Shown: positions 23,601 through 34,480, numbered from the stretch's first letter. The stretch is DNA of 64,000 nucleotides from Phoronis australis (GCA_002633005.1 NMRA01000410.1:1-64000); one strand, 5' to 3'. Translations and numbers: made by a program. The notes: generated by a model not told the origin, from the letters alone.

Positions 23601-26600
23601 TGCTGATTTCAGAGAGGTTGTTGTTGAAAATGTTAAAATGTGTAAAGGACAGTACTTAAACTAATACGTGTCGTGTTCTTTATAAAGGTGTGGGATCGGC
23701 GTACATTGAGTGAAGAGGAACCTCAACCTGTTGGAGTCCTGGCAGGTCATGCTGATGGAATTACATACCTGGACAGTAAGGTGTGTGTGTGTGTGTGATC
23801 ACTGTATCGCACTAAAATAATGCTCACATATTCGTAAATATGGCTGCATTTTTTCTAAAAAATCTTGATTTTTCACGAAAATTGCTGTAATCTCCACAAA
23901 TGTGCATGAAACTTGGAAATTCTGTGTCATTAGTCCATTAGCTGTGATGGCGTATCTGGGATTTTTTAAAGTGGTTGTAACCACCATTTACCTCGTTTTG
24001 ACATGTGACTATGTTGTCTACATCTGCATCATTAAACCTTACTTTTTAGCAGTGCATATCACAATTTTGAATTCAATATCCCAAAAACAAGAAAGTAGAA
24101 GAAAAGCGACTTCAGTTGAAAGTTTCTTAGCTCTGCATGCATGAGTGTGACACATGAACTTACCCAGCACTGGTGTGTCATGTCCACCAACATGCAAGTT
24201 TCTTGCACATGCTTGTGCCATATCCGCGCTTCCCCAATATTCCGTGGGAAAGTGAAAAAGAGTCGCAGCTTGGCCTAACACAATGTTGTAGCAACCACCA
24301 GAAATACACACAATGGAGGATGACTAGTGCTGTGATTGGTTGTCCCGATTTTACGCAGTATGTTTCAACCAATAAATGCCCGTAAGTTGAAATCAGCTAA
24401 TTAACATATCGTCATATAGTGTTTGTAGGTGTTCTAATTTGACAGTTGATCGACTGATGGGGTTGTTTTTTGCAGTTTTTGATATGAATTTGGTGATTTT
24501 AAGCTTTTAAAGACCTTTTAGCCTGAAAAATCCACTGTCAAAAATGAAAACATCAGTTTTCCTAAAAACAAATTTTTTGACAGCTGAGCTCTCGGGCTAA
24601 ATGGCTAAGGCTTTAAGGGCTGTTCCAGCAAAATCTGTGTGGGAGGGGGGGGGAAGGCAACTGAAATAAAAATTTATGGGTGGTTGCGTTTGATTTAAAT
24701 TCAAAATGGCTGGTGGTCGTACTTCAAAAAAATAAAAATTTACAGGTCGTTGTTGTTTCATTGGGCCATAAATGTTTGATGGTGGGTAATTTTAGTAAAT
24801 TTTATAAACAATCCGCACAGAATCAAAAACGGAAACAAAAATGCAACTTGCAAAAAGCTCCGACTTTTTCANNNNNNNNNNNNNNNNNNNNNNNNNNNNN
24901 NNNNNNNNNNNNNNNNNNNNNNNNNNNNNNNNNNNNNNNNNNNNNNNNNNNNNNNNNNNNNNNNNNNNNNNNNNNNNNNNNNNNNNNNNNNNNNNNNNNN
25001 NNNNNNNNNNNNNNNNNNNNNNNNNNNNNNNNNNNNNNNNNNNNNNNNNNNNNNNNNNNNNNNNNNNNNNNNNNNNNNNNNNNNNNNNNNNNNNNNNNNN
25101 NNNNNNNNNNNNNNNNNNNNNNNNNNNNNNNNNNNNNNNNNNNNNNNNNNNNNNNNNNNNNNNNNNNNNNNNNNNNNNNNNNNNNNNNNNNNNNNNNNNN
25201 NNNNNNNNNNNNNNNNNNNNNNNNNNNNNNNNNNNNNNNNNNNNNNNNNNNNNNNNNNNNNNNNNNNNNNNNNNNNNNNNNNNNNNNNNNNNNNNNNNNN
25301 NNNNNNNNNNNNNNNNNNNNNNNNNNNNNNNNNNNNNNNNNNNNNNNNNNNNNNNNNNNNNNNNNNNNNNNNNNNNNNNNNNNNNNNNNNNNNNNNNNNN
25401 NNNNNNNNNNNNNNNNNNNNNNNNNNNNNNNNNNNNNNNNNNNNNNNNNNNNNNNNNNNNNNNNNNNNNNNNNNNNNNNNNNNNNNNNNNNNNNNNNNNN
25501 NNNNNNNNNNNNNNNNNNNNNNNNNNNNNNNNNNNNNNNNNNNNNNNNNNNNNNNNNATAATTAATGAATACTGCAAGAGTGACTTACTTTCATGTAGAT
25601 AATAATTAATGAATACTGCAAGAGTGACTTACTTTCATGTAGATAATAATTAATGAATACTGCAAGAGTGACTTACTTTCATGTAGATAATAATTAATGA
25701 ATACTGCAAGAGTGACTTACTTTCATGTAGATAATAATTAATGAATACTGCAAGAGTGACTTACTTTCATGTAGATAATAATTAATGAATACTGCAAGAG
25801 TGACTTACTTTCATGTAGATAATAATTAATGAATACTGCAAGAGTGACTTACTTTCATGTAGATAATAATTAATGAATACTGCAAGAGTGACTTACTTTC
25901 ATGTAGATAATAATTAATGAATACTGCAAGAGTGACTTACTTTCATGTAGATAATAATTAATGAATACTGCAAGAGTGACTTACTTTCATGTAGATAATA
26001 ATTAATGAATACTGCAAGAGTGACTTACTTTCATGTAGATAATAATTAATGAATACTGCAAGAGTGACTTACTTTCATGTAGATAATAATTAATGAATAC
26101 TGCAAGAGTGACTTACTTTCATGTAGATAATAATTAATGAATACTGCAAGAGTGACTTACTTTCATGTAGATAATAATTAATGAATACTGCAAGAGTGAC
26201 TTAAGAAATTCCATAGTTGATAACAAAGGTGTCCAATTACTTTGACATCAGAATTTATAGAGAACAGAAAACAGTTCATCTGCAGGTGACCATTTGTGGA
26301 ATCAGGGTTTTACTTGACCCATGTACTGGTATATGAGGGCTCTTGTTTCACTAACGCTACCAAGGAAACTTTGAATTTCCCAACTAATTAATATCATTAG
26401 TGTTACTGTTATTCTTGTTTAGAATTAGTTTAATTCCTTGTTCTGATGGTTACAATCATTCACAATATTTACATCATTTCTACATTATAAGACAAAAGTT
26501 ATCAGACAGGATACTGTTTCTCCGTCATGGTGGCTAATTCTCTTAACTACAATGACTAGCAATAACTCTCGGCAACGAAATTCTTATTACAGAATGGCTT

Positions 26601-29600
26601 AGCCTCCTTACTAACTTTCCTGTCCATTCCCCTGCATTCTCAGTCTTGGGGGAAGGCTAATTTGACAATGAATTTTGCTTCCGCCCAGCCGTCACAACGG
26701 GGGAATTCCAGGTCATTTTGTCCGAATACTTTGGTGTGTACTGTACCTTCCAGGTTGCGTTCTTTCGCAAGCTGGCAACTGAAAAGTTTGTGCTAATGTG
26801 TTTGAAAAGCACAGCGTTGAATTTTTAATTTTAGAGGACGAAATTGCAAAATCAATGCACACAAATTCTTTTTCTTCGCAGGGTGATGGTAGATACCTCA
26901 TTTCCAACTGCAAGGACCAGACAATCAAGCTATGGGATATGAGGAAGTTCTCATCTCAAGAAGCTCAGGTCGTGAGTATTAGGCAGTGGATTTTACGACA
27001 AATACTTATTTGAAATCTATGAAACCGTGTACCTCACCAGCTGAGCTGGTTGGAGCAACAGAGGCTAAGCGCCCTGCCAAGAACACGACTGAACCAACCT
27101 TGGCTTGAACTCTTGACCTTTTGGTTCAGGTCCCGCCTCATTCAGGTGTTGCTTTGATGTTGTGTGGCATTGTATCATTGGTTGTGGTGCTTGATAATTT
27201 TATCGACATTTACCATTAAAATGTTCTATTTCAGGCCACCAAAAAAGCTGTATCAAGGCAATCCTGGGACTATAGGTGGCAGCAGGTGCCTAAGAAAGGT
27301 ACTCGTTTAGAAAACTTTTGTTCAAGTGAGGTTGCGCTCAAATTATGGAGTACGGAATTCAGCGAGTAAACATTTCTAGTAATTCGTGAGGGATGGAACT
27401 TATAGGCATTGTTTTTGGCGTGTTAAGCTGTCTCATCTTAGTTTTAAGTTACAGGTTTTTTGGCTCATTGAAAGCGTGCACTAATACTTTGAAACTATAT
27501 TATGCCCGCAACAAGTATATTTGACTGGTCTGTGCCCAGGCTGATTTTGAGACTTGAACCTCGCTGCTCGAAATAAAAGGAGGACCTGCCAAAGATATTT
27601 TATTATTCCTGCCTCCTGGTTTGATTTGAAGAAATTACATACAGTTGATCTGATGTCAGGTGAATTTTTGTTTTTAATTTGAAAGTATTGACTAAACGTT
27701 CCACATCACCACAGTAATTTTCACATGATCAAAGGCTAGAATGACGTATTATTTAAATTGATATTGATATGAGAATAGCAAACAGCATATATTTTATTAA
27801 TTTAGAATTGAGTATAGGAGGAGGGATTCAAGTGAATCAACATTTTGTAAAGAGACAATTATCTCTAAATTCTCAGTTCCCCCATCATGGTACTTATAGA
27901 CATGTCCCTATCATACCGATGATGTCAGTAAGATCAAACTCACATCACTGTAAGATGTTGTGAAGCTGTCAAATCTGCTTTCCCATGCTAATCTAGTGCA
28001 TATTCAAAGAAACAACATAAAATTTTATTTCTTGGTTTTGCACCTGTGAAGAGAAGTCATTCAAGTACTGAGATAGTCGAGTTTCACACGATTACATCAG
28101 TCATGTAGAGGTCACAGGAAATATTTTTGGCTGACTTCAAAATTGCAAATTTTTGTCCTTTGAAACTATACTTAATAAGCTTGAGTGGCAATAAACCTGC
28201 CTTTCATCACAAAAAAACAACTTATGATTTATACCACTTGTTATGAAATTGATATCGAATTGTTGTGTTATCACATTGGATGTGATTTCAGAGCTTTGAA
28301 AGAGCTGACAGTTTGTTATTGTCCAAGACCAAGTTGGCTTGTCATGACACACCACGTTATGCACCGAGCATGGTCTCACGACAAAAAGGGAACTCTTAGT
28401 TCTTTGTAAACTCAGAAATCACTTCTCATCTAAGTAAGAAACAAGGACAGTCTTTAAAATATCTGTTTGCCCTTACCCGACCCTACTTTTAAAATATGGG
28501 TAGGTAGGTAGGCAAAAAAATTCATACTATTGCTATTATTCCTCAACCAGCGAGCCACGCCTTCTTCAAGAGTCTTGAGAAATTAACAACTAACTTTGAG
28601 ATTTTGTTGAAGGATTTTTGCCATTTTTTATAATGAAACAACTTAAGGACTTATTCCTGGGCTGTGTCATCAATCAAGCAAAAGGGCAAAATTGATTACA
28701 GCACTTTATATAGAGTAATAAATAAAAAGTCGGTGGAATTTTCTCAATAAAATTTTCTGAGTCGGTGGGTTTTTTGCAAGTCCATTGAGTTGGGGCAAAC
28801 GAACTTAATTTTTATTTAAGTCCAGATCAATTCTATGGCGATAAGTGGTTGAAATAAAAAGTTCTGTTTTTGAGGGAATGCAAGGTTCATAGTCACATAA
28901 ATAATTTAAGATATTTGTAAAGAATTTTAGTAGAAACAAGTTTTTATTTCTTCAGTCTTGAGGAGAAAGAAGCTTGAGGGTGACTCATCACTGATGACAT
29001 ATGCAGGACACAGCGTGCAGTACACACTGGTTCGATGTCATTTCTCACCACAGCACACTACAGCACAGAGATACATTTATACTGGCTGTGCTGTAGGCAA
29101 TGTTGTCAGTAAGTAGTCCATACCTTCGTGTCTGCCACATGCATTTATTCTGGCTGGTTCCCAACTTACATGTTAGATGGCCCAGCAGAGACCTTTTTAG
29201 GCCTGAAAGCTTGACTTGATTCTGTAACGTTTTTGCTACAAGGTCGCAGCTTAGTGGTAAAAGGAGGTTTAAATCCCATTGCGTGTTTCCGCAAATTTGA
29301 GCATGAGACAACTAGATAAATGTTTAAGCATATACATTCATCGACGCACACACACACGCACACACACACACAGGCACGCACACACACACACACACACACT
29401 GGTGTTGACTGACATGAGAGACATAGCAGTGGTCAATAGGATTTAAACAGTTTCTAGTTTACATAAACTGTGGAAGACTCTGGAATTCATTATGTTGGTC
29501 ATGTCACTGTTGGCAGATATTAAAGAAATAAAACTTGATTTGTTTGTTTCAGTATATGATGTCTTGTCTGGAAGGATCGTTTCTAAGCTGGATGGACACA

Positions 29601-31008
29601 AGGCATGTGTCCGAGATGTGTCCTGGCATCCATATGAACATTCCATTGTCAGCACCTCGGTAAGGAAACTTTGAGTGAGCTCGTCATGAATGCGGTTTCA
29701 ACGGCCTTACTAGAATGGGGCAATGTTTTTGTTCGAAGCACACAAAGATAAACCCGTGCGTGTTTGGACTTGGTTTTACTTTGCAACAGTCACGGGAATA
29801 CAAATCCGTGAGAGGAGACTGGCGTGCTTGAGAGAAGGTTTTTTTGGGCGGGTAGCCAGGGCAGAAACTACGAACGAGTACCCCTTGTGGTCAAGTTGTT
29901 GCCTCCTTGAAATTGGTAACCACCCCCAGAAACATACTGGTACACTGTGGATGAATATCAACGTGTTGCGTTGTTCTTGTTATCATTATTGACATGCTTA
30001 GCACTGTCAGTAATGTTGATTAAGTTTGCTCTCTTGTCAATTTCAATTCTTGACAATGTGATGTGCTTTGGTCAATAGAGGGATTTGGCCAATTACGATC
30101 ATAAACGTCTAAATTTCAATTACTGTTATTTTAAATGATAATTCTCCACTTATTTCGCACAAAATAAATTAAATAATTTTTCTTGGTAGTTGGGGTGTGT
30201 CAAATTAAATGACTATACAGACTGCGTGGTTGACGGGTGTACGAAATTAAGTAACCAAGCATTGGCCACTCTCTGTGTTAATTTAATGAAGTATTGACTA
30301 TAGGTTACCAAGGTGATCCAATTAACAGTAATTAAATCACATTATCCTATTCCAATATTAGAATACTTTACCCGATCATTCGTGAAACACTCTTTTGAGT
30401 ACATGACTGAGTGACATCATACTCGTCCTGGCCACACCTTTCACCTCATATTTACAACAACATGAGATAATCCCCATTTCAAAGGGATGAATTAGTGATG
30501 ATTATAGAATTTACTACAATTAATGACTAGGCTTTGTGTTGATATTTTCTGAAATGCAAAACTGACTGAGTGCAAATTAGTTGAGGCTAGAAATTCCCAA
30601 CAAATAGCCTCGTACGAAATAACTGACGGACAAAATATTATTTTTCAAAATAACTTTGGGTATGCAAAGTGAGATGAGTGGAAAATTATCATAAGTGCAA
30701 CATCTGGGTTATTTCATAAGAGTAATGGCTAGATTTTAGGCCGTACGTTTATTCTAAGGGAATAGAACCCTCAGAAGCTACTCGGCAATGTTGAGAACAC
30801 TTAAAACATAAATTTCTCTTTCACCCCTTCACAGTGGGATGGTGACATCAAGAAGTGGGTATATCATCCTAAACGTCAGTTGGACTCGTCAGATGAAGAA
30901 GATAACGACGGTGATGATAGTGACAGAGACAGTGATGTCTGTGACGAAGGACCTCGACGCAGTAAACGACTGAGGCACAATCCCTTCAGAAGATTTGTGC
31001 GTCTTTAG
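8492..31008 (+). CDS. DCAF11: DDB1- and CUL4-associated factor 11 (WDR23), complete 17-exon gene, 1611 nt CDS / 536 aa
   Basis: Spliced exons give a continuous frame matching remembered DCAF11 motifs: DLATILSYLIRSGQV, FLPN...KAFCG.YS..G.IFM.ACQDQ, ARDVGWSV, YSSWSD, GANDG.LYV.DRE, KDQTIKLWD.R.FSS, WDYRWQQVPKK, GDSSLMTY.GH, HKACVRDVSWHP, SWDG. All introns are GT-AG with consistent phases. Confidence 0.97.
8711..8955. mobile_element. Palindromic (foldback) MITE in DCAF11 intron 1
   Basis: cccgttcagtaac...acctcgctaa vs ttagcgaggt...gttactgaacggg; centre ttttagctaggtcctagcgt / acgctaggacctagctaaaa. Confidence 0.8.
9148..10551. mobile_element. Tc1/mariner-pogo-type non-autonomous DNA transposon
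   Basis: TIRs TATCGTATTTGCCGTAATAACCGC / GCGGTTATTATGGCGAATACGGTA, TA-flanked; subterminal taagcgccc repeats. Confidence 0.75.
10872..10966 (+). CDS. DCAF11: DCAF11 exon 2 (SGQVRIIPSDGDSGGDSDDSDFGMRRNMQPPK)
   Basis: ttttcag acceptor; G|GTTTGT donor; GQVR continues the conserved YLxRxGQVR motif. Confidence 0.9.
11269..12780. mobile_element. hAT-like non-autonomous element with long (~150-190 bp) TIRs and 5-bp TSD AAGTA
   Basis: CACGGGTGAGAAACA...TGTTTCTCACCCCTG; AAGTA at 11264-11268 and 12781-12785. Confidence 0.8.
12916..12947 (+). CDS. DCAF11: DCAF11 exon 3, 32-nt small exon (AISNPDLSQIE)
   Basis: Long polypyrimidine tract + cag; GAG|GTTTGT donor; restores phase 0 and aligns to the vertebrate PDxxxLE segment. 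Confidence 0.82.
14217..14300 (+). CDS. DCAF11: DCAF11 exon 4 (KSEFKQEVLTQSG...LPGIVHK)
   Basis: tttcag acceptor, AAG|GTGGGT donor, 84 nt in frame. Confidence 0.88.
14628..14908. repeat. Near-perfect ~280 bp AT-rich palindrome (foldback/MITE-like) in DCAF11 intron 4
   Basis: aacaagaatggatcaactgaaatttt vs aaaatttcagttgatccattcttgtt; centre atgaatatgatacatcatattcat. Confidence 0.85.
15109..15179 (+). CDS. DCAF11: DCAF11 exon 5 (REVGRMGNEFCSLNSADCCRIGA)
   Basis: Branch point ctaac + ttttcag acceptor; AG|GTAAAC donor. Confidence 0.9.
15619..15719 (+). CDS. DCAF11: DCAF11 exon 6 (SFLPN...KAFCGKYSQSGDIFMTACQ)
   Basis: Conserved motif, GT-AG junctions. Confidence 0.95.
16250..17070. repeat. 14-bp minisatellite (catgtccaccatt(g/a) and variants) spanning an assembly gap (N 16600-16988)
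   Basis: Direct periodicity; the His/Cys/Pro 'ORFs' here are by-products. Confidence 0.92.
17438..17540 (+). CDS. DCAF11: DCAF11 exon 7 (DQNIRIYD...ARDVGWSVIDTAF)
   Basis: Conserved motif, cttgcag acceptor, AG|GTAAAC donor. Confidence 0.95.
18352..18838 (-). mobile_element. Mariner (DD34D) transposase 3' fragment with right TIR, pseudogenised
   Basis: LPHPAYSPDLAPSDF motif and RWKKCI..GD.VEK C-terminus; HDNAPAH equivalent reads L*DNTPAH with a stop; TIR TATGAGGGTCGTTCAATAAGT. Confidence 0.92.
18960..19003 (+). CDS. DCAF11: DCAF11 exon 8 (SPDGQFICYSSWSDS)
   Basis: Conserved PDG..YSSWSD, A|GTGAGT donor. Confidence 0.94.
19678..19801 (+). CDS. DCAF11: DCAF11 exon 9 (IHLCSIYGDSDIHTAL...REILG)
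   Basis: Conserved motif; AAG acceptor, GG|GTATGT donor. Confidence 0.94.
19860..19930 (+). mobile_element. Degraded tRNA-derived SINE head
   Basis: A-box-like tggtctgttagttag and B-box-like gggttcaatctc at tRNA-like spacing; no full cloverleaf. Confidence 0.35.
20627..20684 (+). CDS. DCAF11: DCAF11 exon 10 (GANDGHLYVYDREKNERTLK)
   Basis: Conserved motif, GT-AG. Confidence 0.95.
20995..22257 (+). mobile_element. 5'-truncated Tx1/L1-clade LINE remnant (ORF2 C-terminus, zf-RVT region)
   Basis: Broken frames FIKALKVTWLKRII, FWKDV, LRWFQMRIVHRILATD, CTFYKNEPENLEH*FQDCTFVKSFWE; ends aataaa...A-rich tail. Confidence 0.85.
23216..23308 (+). CDS. DCAF11: DCAF11 exon 11 (IDAHDDDINSVSFADESSQILFSGADDGLIK)
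   Basis: WD40 repeat, GT-AG, 93 nt. Confidence 0.96.
23688..23780 (+). CDS. DCAF11: DCAF11 exon 12 (VWDRRTLSEEEPQPVGVLAGHADGITYLDSK)
   Basis: WDxR (DWD) motif; AAG acceptor; donor begins a (GT)8 run. Confidence 0.95.
25558..26202. repeat. Perfect 44-bp tandem repeat, at least 14.6 copies, adjoining an assembly gap (N 24872-25557)
   Basis: Unit ataattaatgaatactgcaagagtgacttactttcatgtagata; no substitutions seen between copies. Confidence 0.97.
26505..26750 (+). repeat. Interspersed repeat; second copy at ~39230-39480 in HNF4 intron 5
   Basis: Shared ggctaattct.ttaac, ttagcc.ccttactaactttcctgt, ggggaatt.c.ggtc, gaatacttt...tgtactgta. Confidence 0.7.
26882..26971 (+). CDS. DCAF11: DCAF11 exon 13 (GDGRYLISNCKDQTIKLWDMRKFSSQEAQV)
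   Basis: Second WDxR motif; donor GTGAGT at 26972, alternative in-frame GT at 26969. Confidence 0.94.
27029..27140 (-). mobile_element. tRNA-SINE fragment (reverse orientation)
   Basis: cagctgag...ggagcaa...taagcgccctgccaagaacac body followed by reverse B-box (gcttgaactc) and gaccttttggttc. Confidence 0.55.
27235..27298 (+). CDS. DCAF11: DCAF11 exon 14 (ATKKAVSRQSWDYRWQQVPKK)
   Basis: Signature WDYRWQQVP, GT-AG. Confidence 0.96.
28956..29108 (+). CDS. DCAF11: DCAF11 exon 15 (VLRRKKLEGDSSLMTYAGHSVQYTLVRCHFSP...GNVV)
   Basis: Conserved motif, A|GTAAGT donor. Confidence 0.96.
29345..29399. repeat. (CA)n microsatellite, interrupted
   Basis: cacacacacacgcacacacacacacaggcacgcacacacacacacacacacac. 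Confidence 0.95.
29553..29659 (+). CDS. DCAF11: DCAF11 exon 16 (IYDVLSGRIVSKLDGHKACVRDVSWHPYEHSIVSTS)
   Basis: WD40 repeat, GT-AG. Confidence 0.96.
30835..31008 (+). CDS. DCAF11: DCAF11 last coding exon 17 (WDGDIKKW...acidic tract...PRRSKRLRHNPFRRFVRL*)
   Basis: Strong acceptor, WDG completes the SWDG motif, TAG at 31006-31008. Confidence 0.93.
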   Translation, partial: WDGDIKKWVYHPKRQLDSSDEEDNDGDDSDRDSDVCDEGPRRSKRLRHNPFRRFVRL

Positions 31009-33676
31009 CGAGGCCCAATTTACATAGGGCGCAGTTTGTTGGTCCAAAAAGTAGGCTAACGTATTTTGATATTTAACATCTACTGAGACAGTTGTGGTGC
31101 ATTAATTTGTAAATTAATCAACACAAAGGATACCAGTAGGTCTTCCATTCTCTGCGGATAGAAGACGCCATGTGGAGGTCAAGATCAATCACCACCCAAA
31201 TTGTCTGTTCACATACAAATTTTACTATTCACCTGCTGAAGGTTTATCTTTTCACAAATAGTGTAAGACATTTGTTGGTACTGCACTCTAATAGGAGTAC
31301 AAGATGCCAGTGATCAGTTATGTACTTTTAAGTGTTAACTCTAATCAGTTGAACTTGGCCTTTCTTCTATGAAACATCTAATGCATTTTCCAGATTGGCT
31401 TTTGTTTGGTTTAGGGCGCCCTTAAAATATTTTTTGTTCCCCCTCACCTGACTGTCCCTGCTCTAAGGTGGGTAAGTCGGTGATATAGCATATCTTTTCA
31501 CTTGTTATTGTCGTGCCACTAACGAATTACTCTTTTGTCAGATATCAGATAAAGTTTGAGTAGCGTGCAATCCCTGGCATGCATATTTTATGGTCGGTCA
31601 CATGAGGGGAAACCGACGTTTAATTTGCGCCTTACACATAATGCGAACCAGAGGGTACTGAGCGGAGCTGAGATACCATGGTGTTACAAAGTTATCAGGC
31701 TCATCTACTGTTTTCCATTTATTAAGATTAAAAGGCTGTTTTGAAATATTTTAAGTAAAGAGCACGTTAATGATGGTTGTTGATTTCTGGAGGAAAATCC
31801 CAGTTGATAAATTGTTCATTATTTTCATAAATGCTGTACTTTCCAGTGAAATTCGCCGTTGCTTAAACAGTGCTAAGTGTTTTATCGTAGAATGTATAGT
31901 AGGAAATTGTACATTTGTCTGTTTTTCAAAATTGCATAAAATCTTCCACAAGAAGGTTGCAGTTTAAACATTGTATCATACATACCTGGTGACTAGAAGT
32001 TGATTGGATGGCTGTAAAATTGATTGTTTTTATGGTTCAAAAGGTTTTATTCAGTATTTTGGTAGCAAGTGTTCTTTTAAGTATGTGTTGGTGAAGACCT
32101 CCGGAGCACTTTAATGTCCTTCGTGTCACGCTGTTCACAAGTTGAGAGGAACACGTCACGTGTCCCTGAACCTGCAAATGGCACATTAGCAACTATAAAT
32201 AGAAGAGGTAATGGATACTCTTTCCTGTGTTACCACAAATTCCAAGTGCACAGAGTGTCAATTGGAAGAGGTTGCTAAAATAAGAAAATTTCATAAATTG
32301 TTGGCCTCTAAGTATTTGCTATGATTTTATCTACAGTTGAGTCAAGAATTGTCATTCAACTTTGGTGACCATTTTGTTTGTGCACCACCAGAAATTCAAA
32401 AATTAAGCTTAAAAATTCTGTTCAATTTAGACTTGTCATTGTGAAAAATTGATGACATTTTTAAATAACAGTACTTGGTAATTAGTTTTTGATAAATCCA
32501 TTTGAGTCAAATTTGAGTTAAAAAAAATTTTCTTGAACTCTTTGTACTACTAAATTTCAATGGAAAGAGGGTCTTTAAGGCCCACTGGATTGTTGAAGAA
32601 ATCACAAATGAGAAAATTGGTGTAAATCTTGCACCCTTGATGATTTGTGTCTGAGATTTCACACTTGTGTTTCGACATGTGAATGTAAACGTTACCTTGA
32701 TTGATTTATTTTGTTTTAAATTTCCTCTTGTTTTGTTCAAGTTCGTTTTTGCTACAGTCTTCAAAAATGCTTATTGTGTGAAATGTTCGGAAATGTTAGT
32801 TATTGTGTGATCCTTGTTAATTGTTGAAACTCTAACCTGCACTAGCACTTTCCTTCTAATTGGTGATGATAACAAATATCACTGGTAAATTTGAATGACT
32901 AAAAGCAGAATTAACCTACTTGATATAATGTGATTGAATTTCTTGATGTGGTATGATTTAACTATTTGGTAATGCAATTTTGTCATGATATACTGTCCAA
33001 AGTAGCCAGCATGTCTACACGGGATGATCAAAATTCCTGAGCACATCAAATTTTTGATCAGAGCATCTCACATATTCGCTAAAAGTAGTTCCACTGGCAG
33101 GGCAGATGTAACCATCACATTTATTATTGCCCACACAGATGCGTGGTTAGTTGCCTCTTGGTTTACAGGCCCTGAAGTCTTCAAAATTACATCACGGCCT
33201 CTTTGTGTTATAATTTCTTGTTATATTTAATTGTGAAATTACTTCCAAAGTGTCTGTGTGTTAAAGGGACATTCTCCGCGAATAAATAATTTCTTCTGAA
33301 ATGAGCTACAGTGCAGCATAGACCACATTCGCTCAGCTGTTGCAGCCTAACTTTCTGCCGAATCAAATGAGTCAAATCCCGCATGTTAACTGGTAGAGTA
33401 TTTTAATCGTATTCAAGTGATAAAGACACAGGCGTTCACTTCAGTGAATAAGTGGTAGACAATGGTAACGCATTTTGTTGTTTTATAGCTCTTGTCGAAG
33501 ATAACAACTCCAAGAAGACTCATCCAGCAATAGTCCCAAAAATGCTTTTTTCAGCCGTAGAACTGATGATGTCCCTATAACAATGTTCACTTAGGATTGT
33601 GTGAATTTCATCCCTTCCTAGTCCCTTATTCAATTTTGTCCTTTTTATGAGCTGTATATAATCATTGGAATTATTT

Positions 33677-33682
33677 AATAAA
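33677..33682 (+). terminator. Candidate DCAF11 polyadenylation signal AATAAA (3'UTR ~2.7 kb)
   Basis: Upstream TGTA element and downstream T/GT-rich sequence; other sites are possible. Confidence 0.4.
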
Positions 33683-34318
33683 GAAAATTAATCGGAAAGT
33701 TTAACATGTTTGACTGACATTAATTTCAACTGGCTGTTATTCTCATGTTTCGTTCCACTTTGTTGTTGTGGTCACATCCTTAAAGTTCCCATAATGAACG
33801 TTAGATGTGAATGTTTTTTTATTGGAAAATCAGGGGCTTGTCACGTGAAATTGATTTACCGTTGGTCTGAGACAGAAATTAGGTTCTGCACTCCACAATT
33901 AGTGAATAAAAGGTTTAGTCGTGTAATTATTTGCACATCACTGCCTGGAAATAATTTATGCAAATTATCTCTGTAAATAGGTATATTCTCAGACTTAACA
34001 TTTTTGGTCAAGTGAGATTTAATTATTTTCCGGAAAAAGTTGTGTGGAGTGCAAGGTCAATAGACCTCAGGTCTTAGTATTCCAAAGGTATCAAAGTACA
34101 TGCAGTGTTGACAACTTGCAGAGCTCTTATGTAATTTAAAGTATTGATAGTCTAGTACATGTTGGCTGCAAATGTCAACTGCCAACATTCAACCAGTTCG
34201 TCTGTTTCACAGTAGGTCTGTTTGACAATGTCCACTGACTGAATATTCACCAGCATTTCTCCAAATTCACAAGAAGATTTCTGTGACTAGTTAGATTGAG
34301 GTTCCAGTTAAGTTCCCT

Positions 34319-34355
34319 ATTAAAATTTTTTGTGTATTTGTGTTGTTCTTTAGTC

Positions 34356-34387
<32 letters not shown>

Positions 34388-34402
34388 TTATATATATATA
34401 TT

Positions 34403-34435
<33 letters not shown>

Positions 34436-34480
34436 ATATATATGACTAAAGAACAACACAAATACACAAAAAAATTTAAT
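34319..34480. repeat. Inverted repeat (~40-bp arms) enclosing an interrupted (TA)n tract
   Basis: ttttttgtgtatttgtgttgttctttagtcatata vs tatatgactaaagaacaacacaaatacacaaaaaa. Confidence 0.92.

Noticed and set aside
24680-25602. 250-290 aa ORFs
   Set aside because: Consist almost entirely of X from the assembly gap
25558-26202. 44-bp array as CRISPR
   Set aside because: Head-to-tail identical units with no unique spacers
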